From contig OX597818.1 in assembly GCA_951406725.2 (NCBI GenBank), positions 68,634,001 to 68,698,000 of the forward strand: a DNA stretch of 64,000 nucleotides. Reading direction: 5' to 3'. The first letter of the stretch is position 1; each line of letters opens with the position of its first letter. A program made the position numbers and the translations under genes. This DNA comes from Octopus vulgaris. Taxonomy: Eukaryota. Shown here piece by piece: positions 44,183-56,770 of the stretch. Below the pieces are notes generated by a model that saw nothing but the letters and a program-made list of their open reading frames with translations, was not told where the DNA came from and searched no databases.

Positions 44183-44890
44183 TCATCATCATCATCATCA
44201 TCGTCGGTTAACGTCTGCTTTCCATGCTGGCATGGGTTGGACGGTTTGACTGAGGACTGGCAAACCAGAAAGCCATACCAGGCTCCAATCTGATCAGGCA
44301 GAGTTTCTACAGCTGGATGCCCTTCCTAATGCCAACCACTCCAAGTGTGTAGTGCATGTTTTTATGTGCCACTTGCATGGGTCCAGTCAGCTGGCACTGG
44401 CATCGACCACACTCGAACGGTGCTTTTTATGTGCCACCAGCACAGGTGCCAGTCAAGCTGTACTATCATTGGCCACAACAATGACATCACTTGACTCAAC
44501 AGCTCTTTGCAAGCACAGTTTATTGCCCAATGATTGAAGGGTACTCTTAAATGGGCTGGACATGCTGCACTGGCATAGACCACAGTCATGGTCTCACTTG
44601 GCTTGCCAGGTCTTCTCAAGCACAGCATATCTCCAAAGGACACAGTCACTTGTCATTGCTTCTGTGAGGCCTAATGTTCAAAGGTCGTGCTTCACCACCT
44701 CATCCTAGCTCTTCCGGGGTCTACCTCTTCCACGGGTTTCATCTACTGCTAGAGTGTGACACTTTTTCATACAGCTGTCCTCATCGATACACAACACATG
44801 ACTATACCAGGGCAGTCATCTCTCTTGAACACCACATCTGATTTTTCTTACATCCATCTTTTCTCCCAGGGCACTTACACTCATCTGATT
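44183..44890 (-). mobile_element. RTE LINE 3' fragment
   Basis: Minus strand DEDSCMKKCHTLAVDETRGRGRPRKS*DEVVKHDL matches the end of the 25.6-kb ORF; UTR and (GAT)n tail present. Confidence 0.88.
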
Positions 44891-44982
44891 GACTATATGG
44901 GTGATATATATATATATTGGTAAAAACGGTAAGATAACAAAAGAAAGAAAGAGACCTCAATATTATGTAAATAGAGGAAATT

Positions 44983-45081
44983 TATCTGTAAAATAATATG
45001 TTACAATTACTCAATAGTCAAGATAAAACTCTGAGTTTTATCTTGGCTACCGAATAATTGTCACATATTATTTTACAGATA
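44983..45081. repeat. 99-bp palindrome
   Basis: 49-bp arms centred on aaactc-t-gagttt at 45032, with a few mismatches. Confidence 0.9.
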
Positions 45082-45111
45082 TATATATATATATAAATAT
45101 ATGTATGTATT

Positions 45112-45168
<57 letters not shown>

Positions 45169-45194
45169 ATATATGCATGCACATATATATATAT

Positions 45195-45353
45195 AGGTGC
45201 AGGTGTGGTTGTGTGGTAAGAAGCTTGCACCCCAACCACAAGTGCTGGGTTCAGTCCCACTGTGTGGCACCTTGGACAAGTGTCTTCTACTATAGCCTCG
45301 GGCTGACCAAAGCCTTGTGAGTGGATTTGGCAGATGAAAACTGAAAGAAGCCT
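45195..45353 (+). mobile_element. SINE family 2, 5' part
   Basis: Matches the family 2 head. Confidence 0.85.
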
Positions 45354-45409
45354 GATGTTTATGCATGAGTGTGTGTATATATATATATATTTATATATAT
45401 TTATGTATG

Positions 45410-48400
45410 CACCCAGCAAAACCATATCAGGCTGATATCAAACCAATGTTGTAACCTATATTGGCACTGCACCAGAAATTGTGTCTGTTTGATTTTGGCC
45501 TAAACTCATTTTGCAACATGATGCAACATCAAGCCGACATATTCCCAGAAGTTGGGCCGATATGCATTTGAGGTTGAGCCGATGTGAGATTTTGGTCTCT
45601 TACATTGGGTTGGCATTGGTCCTATATGAAAATGAGGTTGGGCTGATGTATGGTTGTTCAACTTGAGAAGTCTCAATATCGGCCTGAGCTAATTTTTGCC
45701 AAATGCCTGATCTGGTTCTGAAATACATTCAAGGATGGGCTGATTAATGCATGATTAAACATTTATACAGGTTCGACATTGGCCACACTTTATGTTCTCC
45801 ATAGCATTACAGCAGATCCCTGGCATGAATTGCTCAGATTCCAGCGTCACCCACCCATCATTTGAAAATAAAGATGTAATATTGTTTCAATTTACAGCCA
45901 ATGATGACCACCCACTGCTAAACAGAAACAATATGAAATTTATTTTGAAGATGTAAGTGTATGAGCATAAGTTTAGATGGCATGTGTATTGGAATATCTG
46001 AAAAATCATGCAGAAACCACCAGAAAAATATTTCAAAAATGAGCAATTCATTTTTTTTTTTTGGCAAACATCATTTATTTTATAAAATACAACTTTGTAA
46101 AATTGCTATTTACAACATAACATAAGTAAATCACAACATTTAAAATGTAATAAAAATGAAGACAAAACATACTGGCCAAATATACACTGTAAAGCTAAGA
46201 TATTTATTCAGTTGGTGTTAAGGTCAGGTATACAGCTGTGGCTATTTCTGACAAAGTTAAACAATCATTTTTCTCTGCACATAAAGACCAGGAAATAAGG
46301 AGTAATGGAATTTCAGGGTTCGATTTTATGACATGAAATCTGGGAGATTTGTTAAAAATAAATATAGTTAGAATGTGCAGCAATAGGGAAAACACATTAT
46401 CTACATTATTTATGTTTGATGGATATTTGTCCTCATCTTGATTGTTGTTAACACAACACTTCAGCTGATATACTCTCCAGCCTTCATCAGGTGTCTTGGA
46501 GAAATTTCAATCCTGGGTTCTCATTCTTAAGGTATTTTTTGGTGTTATTATTATTATTATTCAGTTCATTGCCTGAAATCGAACTTGGAATCTTGGGGCT
46601 ACTAGCCCGTGCTCTTAACCACTATGCCATAAGCCTGTGGCATAGTGGTTAAGATCGTGGGCTACTATCCCCATCATTCTGAGTTCGATTCTAGGCAGTG
46701 AACTAAATAATAATAATAATTATAATAATAATAATAATGATAATAATAATAATAATAATAATAATAGCAACAACAACAATAATAATAATAACATCGAAAA
46801 ATACCTTAGGAATGAGAACCCAGGTTCAAAATTTCCCCAAGACACCTGATGAAGTCTTGAAGGTGTATCAGCCGAAACATTGTGTTACCAACAAACAAGA
46901 TAAGGACAAATATCCGTCACATGTAAATAAAGTAAATAATGTAAACAATTCCTCATCTCTTAAATATTCAATTGTATTACAGGGAAATCACATTAAATGT
47001 GAGAGATATCATCAATGAAATTGTATTTGAAACCACAAATAGGAGTATTACTTATAAACCTTGTGAATGAGTAATTTGAATGGAAGGCCAAGCCATGTAT
47101 GCAAAGTTATTCAGTCTATTGTTACTAGTGCATTGCTAAAAGGGATTAACTTGAAAAATTGAGGTCACCTGTAACCTGTGTTATCTTAGTTTTCAGTTTG
47201 TGCAGACCTGAGATCTGTGGCAAATTCCTTGTCTAGAGCAGACTTGTCCAAATTCTTTTTTTCTCTTCTCCTTCAGCCACTGTTTCTATCACTGGCAATC
47301 CAAAACCATTCTTGAGTCACCAACTCAACCCCTGCTTCTGTTGCATTTTTCATAGTCTTGCGAACAGCCCCTGAAATTGATAAATTATGTTACTTAAAAG
47401 TAGTCCTCAATGTGAGAATAACAAATGCAATCATATCCATTTACTCATGTTTTATTCACAAAGGCATAAATTTACCAGCATAAATTACATGGATTTGCTT
47501 AATTCTACAGTTGAAAACAGATACAAACTGAAAGCTACGCATTCATAAATGTTCACAACTGTTTTATGTGAGAACCTACCAAAGCTAGTACAACCACTCC
47601 CCCCACCAACCCACAGTACTGAAAGAGAATATTAATATCACCATATGCCCAGCCCAGGGCCATTTTCAGCCCAATGACTGTAAATCAAAATTAGAAATTG
47701 CAGTCGTTTTCAATACACAGAGAGCAAAGGAAAAAAATATGCTTAAATATAAAGTAAAATGTAGAATAAAAGCCTTTTTGTCAAACATCAAAAACAATTA
47801 ACAAGGTTCTTGCAGGTTTTTAAAAAGAAAATTCAAGAGTTTTCAAAGATTTTTAAAGGTATTTTCAAGCTAGATTCAAGGACCATCATGACCACTCCAC
47901 AAAAAATTCAAGGGTTTCCAAGGACATCCTTCTCATAAAACAAGACTCTTTATACTACTTAGGTTCTCAAATCATTTTGTTTAAATATCGCCCAATTTAT
48001 TTCCTCGAGTGGACTAATGTGCAGCAATGTTTCCATGACAACACTGATGTGGAAACATTAAAAATATGAATTCAGACAACTGGTTTAAGTAGAACATTTT
48101 CATTTTGTTTTAATGACAGAGTGATAAATTTGGGTTGGCAAATATAAAGATCCCACAAAGATATCCCATAATTAAATGACATATAGTGCACTAACTCAAT
48201 TTCAGCGTCCAGGCTATTTTGGGACAAACAGTGACAACATACAAATAGGATCAAGTTTTGCAAATTGTTTATACATATGATGTCCACCTGCCATTGGTTG
48301 ACTTGCCTTATTTTACCAGTAAAACAGAAGTAGTAAGCCACAGTATACAGGCACCATGTTACTTTCTGAGGTTCCTGCTGGGACCTTACTCAAATAATCT

Positions 48401-48780
48401 TTTCAACTGAATATCAGGTTGATGCTCTTAAATATTTTTAATAACTCTACATTCAAAAGAAACCGAATCTGAGGTTATGAGTACCGAGACAAGTACACAA
48501 TGATGAGTGTGGGGTTTCTTTGGTGTGTGGGGGATATGGAACCATACGTATGTGAAGAATGAAGGAAGAAATAGCCACATGGAAGTAGACAGAGCAGTTA
48601 GAGAGGGGCTGAGAGGTTATTAATGAACCAGCTGGTAAAACCATGAAAAGGTAAAATGTACAACTTACCATGTTATTTTGAACCACACCATCCCTTATCT
48701 CAGCTTCCTCATCTACCTCAACATCCTCTTCATTCTCACAAGGGAAATGAATTGTGTCGGGGAGATTTCTTTATCTATGA
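45410..48780 (-). mobile_element. Decayed CMC/EnSpm-like DNA transposon end with a spliced DUF4806-like accessory pseudogene
   Basis: Terminus-like cacccagcaaaac and dispersed (g)ggc(c/t)gat motifs at 45410-45790. Minus-strand exon-like pieces LPDTIHFPCENEEDVE...M|gtaagt (~48669-48775), KDYLSKV (~48390) and tttcag|G-AVRKTMKNATEAGVELVTQEWFWIASDRNSG*RRRE (~47260-47370). Confidence 0.5.
46394..46976. mobile_element. Fold-back mini-element D: head-to-head dimer of a tRNA-head/(TAA)n/hammerhead unit
   Basis: Two divergent tRNA-like heads (A box tggcatagtgg 46638-46648, B box gagttcgattc from 46681; mirror copy 46568-46629), mutated HHR motifs at 46450-46495 (-) and 46841-46886 (+), 15-bp TSD agggaaa(a/t)cacatta. 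Confidence 0.85.
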
Positions 48781-50138
48781 AATGGAGGATGAGGATGGAA
48801 TAATTTGTGATTGGGGAAGATCTCCAGAGGCTTGACATCATTTCGAAGGATGCAAAGGGGCTGGTATGGGACTGCCAGCAGTGGTCAGCACTGGTGGACC
48901 TTGTCAGCTCTATTCATGTTGACGTCCCTGGGACCACTAACTTGGAATGACCCCAGCCTGAAGCCAACCAGCCCCTTCTCTTACATTTTAACCCCCTCAT
49001 CTTCAAGTATAAACTTGCCTCTGACGTGGTTTGTAGTTTTGAAAGCTGCACGGCAAGCAGACTTGTGCTGATGCCATGAAAAATGCACCCAAATATGTGC
49101 TGTAAAGTGGTTGGCATTAAGCAGAACATCCAACCGTAGACACTAGATGCACTTCTTGAAGCCATCAGATCCTCTCAAACTCCTCTAACCTATGCCTGCA
49201 TTAAACATAGAATTTAAATGATTATGAGGAAGAGGATTGTTTATATAAAAGGCAAATCCTTTACCTAAGGATCCTTGTTTGCCTCTAACAAAGGAAAATA
49301 GATCCCTCAAAACTGTAAGTTTACTCCAACTGCCCCTACCTCTTCTCTGCCCTGCAAGATTTTGTTAAGATTCAATTGGTATGTTGCAAACAAAATGTCC
49401 AAAAATTTAAAACTTTAAACAACATGGATCATGCTTGAGGAATTTGCAAGCAATTTGTTCTAGGAAATGTTTGCAATTTCACAGAAGAGATATAAAAATC
49501 TTGCAGACAAATTCCTCATTCTTTTCAATTGTCACCATTTGAGTGGAATTCTTTCCTGGCGACTTATGTACAAATGTACTTTATTTGCTATTTAAAATGA
49601 CGGGGTGGAATCTGGAGGTTGAGTTACAGCAATTGTAACTGGCAGGTCAATTATGTAGAAGTTTATTCATTAGATTGATGCTTGGTTGAGGAGATGAAGT
49701 ATGAATGGGGGTGTCGGTAGTAGTAATGCTGATGAGGATAATGATGATGATGATGATGATGAAGACAAAGACAGCAACAATAACTGCAATGATGATGAAG
49801 AAGAGAAGATGGAGGAGAACCAGAAGTAGGAGCAAGATTATGACGATGATGATGATGACAATGATGATGAATGTAACAGCAACGATGTTGACAAAAAATG
49901 GAAAAGGAACTCAAAAAGCAAGAAAGAAGGAAGGGGATTCTTGTAATTGAATTTTATGGAATGAGTTGATGGAAGTTGGTTTTGTGAAGGAATTCTGACT
50001 CCAGTTTCAAATGCAACTGATTCCTGAGTGTTTCTGAAACACTTTCGATAGGCACAGGTGACTCAACGCTTCCTCCCTTCATTCCGTTTTCTTCAGAAAT
50101 CTATTTTAAGAATTCTACTATTTTTATAAGAAAACATC

Positions 50139-50695
50139 TTGATTATTGCTTGGAAGAAGCCAACTTTGAAGGAGGACTATAAAGAGAAAGTGTCATACAT
50201 TGATTCTGCTCATTCTAGTCCTATAGCTGCTGCTCCAGACAAAATATCTAGTTGTAATAGTAAGAGTGATTTTAATTCTAATAGTGTAAGCAGCCCAATA
50301 CATAATATAAATTCTTCACGGACCAGGGAAGGTAAGCATAATTTAACCTTAAATTTCCAACCAAGAAATTTTTCCCCTACCTTTATAATAAATACCACGT
50401 ACAATTCAAAAGTCACTAGGAACAGTATCTGGTTCATAATCCCATTTGGAAACAAATTAAATTGAACCTTCCTTTGCAGTTCTGTGAAGCGGTTGCTAGG
50501 AACTTTCCAAAAAATTCTAGATATTATGATATTATCAACCCCCACAAAGTTAGAATCGCTTTCTCCAACACTAAGAATCTCTCACAAATTATATCTTCTC
50601 AAAATACCAATCTGCTAAATAAAGGTTCTTTATCGGGCGTTCCAACATTAATCTTGTTAATTCCAACATCTCATACAATTATAATAATATGAATG

Positions 50696-50778
<83 letters not shown>

Positions 50779-51290
50779 AGTAATAATAATAATAATGGTA
50801 TTAACAATAATAGTAATAATAATAATAATGATAATAATAATAATCGTAGCAATAAAAACTTGGTTTCTATCTCTGAGGACAACCCCAATAGAATTAAATT
50901 TTTGTCTAATAACTCTAAGATCAAGAATTCTATATACCAGTGTAAAATTTTTTCCGGTACCGATGTCTTCTTCTATATAGGCACGTCCACTTCCCACTTA
51001 TCCAAGAGAATTTCAAATCATTATTTATCATTTAGGGATAGCAAAAAACGACATAGTACAGGGCTAAGTAAATTAGTTTGGCATATTAAAGACAACAATA
51101 TAGACTTTAAGTTAGATTGGTTCATACTGTCTGTATCCTTTCCTTTCGATAAGGGCAGGAGATTTTGTAACATTTGCAACTCTGAACTCTTCCATATTCT
51201 CTTCTCGAAGAATCCCCTTGTAAACACACTTATAGAGTGATCGTACAAATGTAAACTCTGGCAGAAACATACATTTTACTCATATAAGTG
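50139..51290 (+). pseudogene. Penelope-like element (Naiad-type) C-terminal region with GIY-YIG endonuclease; frameshifted, with an (AAT)n expansion
   Basis: RNSIWFIIPF...NFPKNSRYYDIINPHKVRIAFSNTKNLSQII (cf. IIWFNPPF...HFP...IFN...KVSYS) then SIYQCKI...YIGTS...RISNHYLSF...STGLSKLVW...W.IL...CNICNSE. Confidence 0.82.
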
Positions 51291-51564
51291 ATTTTGCCAG
51301 TCATTATAGTTTGAACAATTAGTTTACCTTGCACTTCACTTCAATAGAGGAATTTTTTCCTAAGCCATTGAACATTCTTTTAATCAACGTATCCCTCCCT
51401 CTCTATTTGTTCCGTAATTACTATCCCTTTAACCCTTCTCTTCTTTCTATCTGCCTTTGACGTCAAATCTACTAATGGTCTTTTTAAATATTTAATAACG
51501 TTCTGTTTATCATGTAGGCAGCCATGGTAAATGTTATAACGTCTTGTTGAGATAGGCTCTCTTT

Positions 51565-51646
51565 CTTTCCTGATGAGAAGATTGCATTTTCCACCGTTTA
51601 TTCCTTTGGAATAAAACCATGCTATCTTCGAAACATATGTTGAAAG
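51565..51646 (+). ncRNA. Type I hammerhead ribozyme in the PLE 3' pseudo-LTR
   Basis: CUUUC CUGAUGA GAAGAU(u)GCAU...AUGC(u)AUCUUC GAAA CAUAUG UU GAAAG: all core nucleotides present, extended stem II, palindromic stem III ACAUAUGU. Confidence 0.85.
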
Positions 51647-52053
51647 TAAAGGAATTTTATTAACATCTTCGTTCAACTCCATTTATTTTTTTATTCATAT
51701 ATGTATATATATATATATATAATATTATATGTGTGTGTGTGTGTGTGTGTGTGTTTGTATGAATGTGTGTTTATTTGCATAGTCTATTGTGAAGCAAACT
51801 ACTTGTCCATGCAGCTATGCCAGCACCCACATGTATATATTATGTACATACATACATACATACATACATACATACATACACACATACATACATACATACA
51901 TATATATACACACACACACATGCATTCATATACATACACCATTGGTTCCCAAAAATGAGGCACAGTAATTTTAAAATGTTTGCAATAATAATTTTACTGC
52001 ATATTAAAAGTTCTTAAATGAAAATGCTAAAATGTAGAATGGTATGTCCTTTA

Positions 52054-52559
52054 AGCAATAATAAATCTCTGAACGAGGTATAGACAGTAACTGCACGACA
52101 ATGTGAAGTATATTTGCCATCTAAATATGGTTAACCACTAAGGGTGGATGTTACTGTAGCTTGTAGCCCCAGGAGAACATCTTCTCCAGCTGACACACTT
52201 TCTGTGCCCTATCGGTATTTTCAAAGGAAGATCATCCTTCCCTCGACAACCTAAGTGATACGCACGGACTGCAGTTTCTGGGTATTGACCTGTCATCAGT
52301 GCCCGACAGTCACCAGTTTTCGATGGAAGGGTCCCAATGCAAATATTTATACCCTTTTTCCAGTGGCTTTTCGTCACCGGTGACTGTCATGCACTGATGA
52401 TGGGTCCATACCCAGAAACTACAGTCCGTGCGTATCACTTAGGTTGATGAGGGAAGGATGACTTCCCTTTGCAAATACCAATAGGGCACAGAAAGTGTGT
52501 CAATAGCCATCTGGAGATGTTCTCCTGGGGCTACAAGCTACAGTAACATCCACCCTTAG
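52054..52559. mobile_element. Fold-back mini-element C: ~180-bp inverted arms with hammerhead-like motifs and a 14-bp TSD
   Basis: Arms 52134-52314 and 52378-52563; TSD tggtatgtccttta at 52040-52053 and 52560-52573; motif CUGAUGA UGGGU ccau ACCCA GAAA CU(G/A)CAG UC. Confidence 0.8.
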
Positions 52560-54190
52560 TGGTATGTCCTTTAGTTCTCTTTAAATCATACAGTTTAATT
52601 GGCAAACTTTCAAAGAGCTTCCATATACCAAAATACTCTGACAGTGGCCCTTTTTGTGTTTCATAGATTCTCAAAAATTAATTAGGGCTTGTACATATGC
52701 TTCCAGATTTGAACCTGTTCCATACCCAACCATTTTATTTGAGATGCACGCTTGGGCTCTGTCCTAACCAAAATATAATTTTCAACAAGTTCTTCTTTAA
52801 CAATTGTGAAGTTTGCAAAACAGTTAGAGAATGTTGAAATTCTTAAGAAATTTTTTCTGGGAAATAATTCAAATAATTCTAAGATTGTAATTTATTGTTC
52901 CCACATTGTAAATTATGAGATTATATTGATAGGATTGTTTGAAATTGTCCTTTACAATTAGGAGGTTGTGGAAATGGCTTAAAATGTCAAGAGGTGTACT
53001 TCAATGTTTTCCTTGAAATGGAAGCGCAACAAAAATTTCTGTCAATATTTAAGATAAAGTTTATGCATAAATGACCTTATTTGCAACTTGGATAATGAAA
53101 TTAAATCAGGTTTTTGTTTAACATTTATGTTAAATGTGCCTTCAAAGAAAAATTAATTCCATAATTATTACAGATATTTAAAACCAATTTTGTTTTTCTC
53201 TATGTATTAGACATTTCAGAATCCAAATACCACTGAAGAACAAGTAATAAACCTATGATTCTCAATCTATGCTAAAGAGAAAAGGTTTCTCTCTCCAGAA
53301 ATGCAAACAGCAAACGAAAATGCAGGCTTGTATCAGTTCAGAGTTTTACCATTGTTGAAATAGTTGTAGAGTGGAAGTTTTATGATTCCTGAAAATATAA
53401 TGTCCTGGATTATCACCGCAAGTCTCAAAGTCTGATTTTTCACCCAGGAAACCTTTCGAAAACCAATCTGAACTGTTGTTACAGAACTTGGTCAAAAAAA
53501 AATGTAATCTGTCTTTAAGGATTACCTTCATTAAAAGAGGTTTTTCAGGATAAATTTTAAGGGCTAAAGCCAACATCTTTCAAATTTCTTGAAATGACTT
53601 TTTCACTTTTGTCTTTACCAGTTCAAAAACTCTCTTCAGGGTGGCAACAGGCATATTTAGCCAGGAGGACATATTTCTTTTCTTGGAAACGAGTGACATC
53701 TGGTAAGAGGAAAGATGTCAGGCAGGAAGAAACGCTGCTCAAGCAAATTCCATTTGACCCCTGCAAACATGGAAAATGGACGTTAAAATGATGATGATGA
53801 TAGACATGATGATGACGATAATGATGGTGGTGGTGGTGGTGGTGGTTGTAGTATGGTAGTGGCGACAAAGATGAAGACAATGATAATGCTGATGATGATG
53901 ATGATTGTAATGATCATGGCAATGGCAGAAACTGAGGTGGCGCTGATAGTGAAGACAACAACAACACCAACAACAGCGACGATGATGACGATGGTGATAA
54001 CAATGATGATAATGATTTGACGAGATTTTTTTCAAACTTAATTCACTTTATTTTAGGCAGTCAGAGATTTTCTTTTCTTCCCTGAGTAAGAAATGGTTTT
54101 TAGAATATATTTCTGACTGAGACACAAAAAAAATGCCAATCTAACATCCATGGAATGCATAACAGCATGGAATTTATTTTTCTTTGAAAG

Positions 54191-54387
<197 letters not shown>

Positions 54388-54770
54388 TGCAGAAAACATG
54401 ATTTAATTCAATTATCTAAACCTTGATTACAGCTAATTAAATACAGCATTTGATTTAAACACAGACAGATATTTCTTGCATGCTTCCATTTAAAATTAAG
54501 CTAAAAGTACATCTTAACATTTTAAACATCAGGATTATTTAACATCAACATTCTAAGGCAAGCTTACCAGGGTTAGATGCATGGATCATTCTATACGTAT
54601 GCATATGTATATATATGCGTATTTATAAGTATCTATATACACATTTATAGATTTTAAATTAAATATTATGTATGTATATTTGTGTGTGTGTGTATATATG
54701 TGTGTATATATATATACATTATATATATATATATGTCTTTATCTTCTCTCTCTCTCTATATATATATATA

Positions 54771-54964
54771 GTGCGGGTGGCACGTAAAAAGCACCCACTA
54801 CACTCACGGAGTGGTTGGCGTTAGGAAGGGCATCCAGCCGTAGAAACACTGCCAGATTTGACTGGGCCTGATGAAGCCTTCTGGCTTCACAGACCCCAGT
54901 AGAACCGTCCAACCCATGCTAGCATGGGAAACAGACGCTAAACGATGATGATGATGATGATGAT
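54771..54964 (+). mobile_element. RTE 3' UTR end with (GAT)n tail
   Basis: Matches ~26995-27185. Confidence 0.85.
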
Positions 54965-55375
<411 letters not shown>

Positions 55376-55668
55376 CGATTTATTATGCTTATCAAAACAT
55401 ATTTTGATAAGCATAACAAATATAAAAAGAACTTTCACCTAATTAAATTACTTAAATTACTTCAATTATTTGTCAGCATTTTCTTCATTTCCTTTTTTAT
55501 ATATCACCACTCGTGTTCGACATCTCCTTTTTTTAAATATATATATATATATATATATATGGACGACAGATGTTAATGATAATGAAATATATATATATAT
55601 ATATATTTCATCATCATTTAACATCTGTCGTCCATGCTGGCATGGGCTGGATGGATATACACATACAC

Positions 55669-55707
<39 letters not shown>

Positions 55708-55870
55708 TGCACACACACACACACACATGATAGGCTTCTTTCAGTCTCCTTCTTCCAAATTCCTTCAGAAGGTATTGGTAACCCAAGACTACAGAAGAAT
55801 ACACCTGTCCAAGGTACCATGCAGTGGAACTAAACCCATGCTGTATGTCTTGCAAGCAATATTCTTATCG

Positions 55871-56087
55871 AAGGTGGTGAGCTGGCAGAATTGTTAGCAT
55901 GCTAGGCGAAATGCTTGGCAGTATTTCCTCTGTCTTTACGTTCTGAGTTCAAATTCTGCCAAAGTCAACTTTGCCTTTCATCCTTTCGAAATCAATATAT
56001 TAAGTACCAGTTTCATACTGGGGTTGATCTAATTGACTGGACCCCTCCCCCGAAAATTTTGGGACTTGTGCCTAGAGTAGAAAAGAA
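55871..56087 (+). mobile_element. SINE family 1 copy
   Basis: Similar to 3025-3233. Confidence 0.88.
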
Positions 56088-56131
56088 AAGAATATTCTTA
56101 ACCACAACCATATCTTTTCCCAAACCTTTTG

Positions 56132-56182
<51 letters not shown>

Positions 56183-56770
56183 GTCATCATCATCATCACC
56201 ATTTAACATCCATTGTCCATGCTGGCATGGGTTGGATGGTTTGACCAGGCTGACACACTTGAAGGCTGCACCAGGATCCAGTCTGATTTGGCATGGTTTC
56301 CGATGGCTGGATGCCTTTCCTTACACCAACCCCTCCAAAAGAGTAATGGGTGCTTTTACGTGCCACCAGCATGGGTGCCATTTGCATGACACTGGTATCT
56401 GCCACAACTGCGATTGATGGGTCTTCTTCCCAAGCATGACATAATGCCAAAGATCTTGGTCATTGCCTCTGTGAGGCCTAACATTTGAGAGGAACTCAGC
56501 CAATTCAGTCAATTCATGAGGCCTGTCCAAAAGAAACTCAGCCAATTCACCTGTGTGAGGCTCAACACTCAGAAGGAACTAACCCTAGAGGCCCAGGAGC
56601 TCAGCCACTTTGCCAACATGAGGCTCAACACTTGAAAGGAAGTCAGCCACCTCACCCTTGGCTAAGCTCGAAAGGAACTCAGTCACTTTACTCTTGGCTC
56701 ACCTCGAAAGGAACTCAGCCACCTCACTCTTGTAAGGCCCACTCGAAAGGAACTCAGTCACCTCACCTCT
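56132..56770 (-). mobile_element. RTE 3' UTR fragment followed by a ~37-bp tandem minisatellite
   Basis: (CAT)n tail and UTR motifs as at 44183; from ~56470 about seven units resembling cgaaaggaactcagccacctcactcttgtgaggc. Confidence 0.75.

Noticed and set aside
46568-46700. Pair of tRNA genes
   Set aside because: A and B boxes and an anticodon-like arm are present, but there is no convincing acceptor stem; they are heads of a repeated element.
54864-54898. CTGATGA followed by the hairpin agcc-ttct-ggct
   Set aside because: No GAAA after the hairpin, and other RTE UTR copies read ctggtgcagcc, so it is a chance variant.
55383-55416. 15-bp-stem hairpin ttatgcttatcaaaa/ttttgataagcataa
   Set aside because: AT-rich, with no Helitron CTRR end or other context to assign a function.
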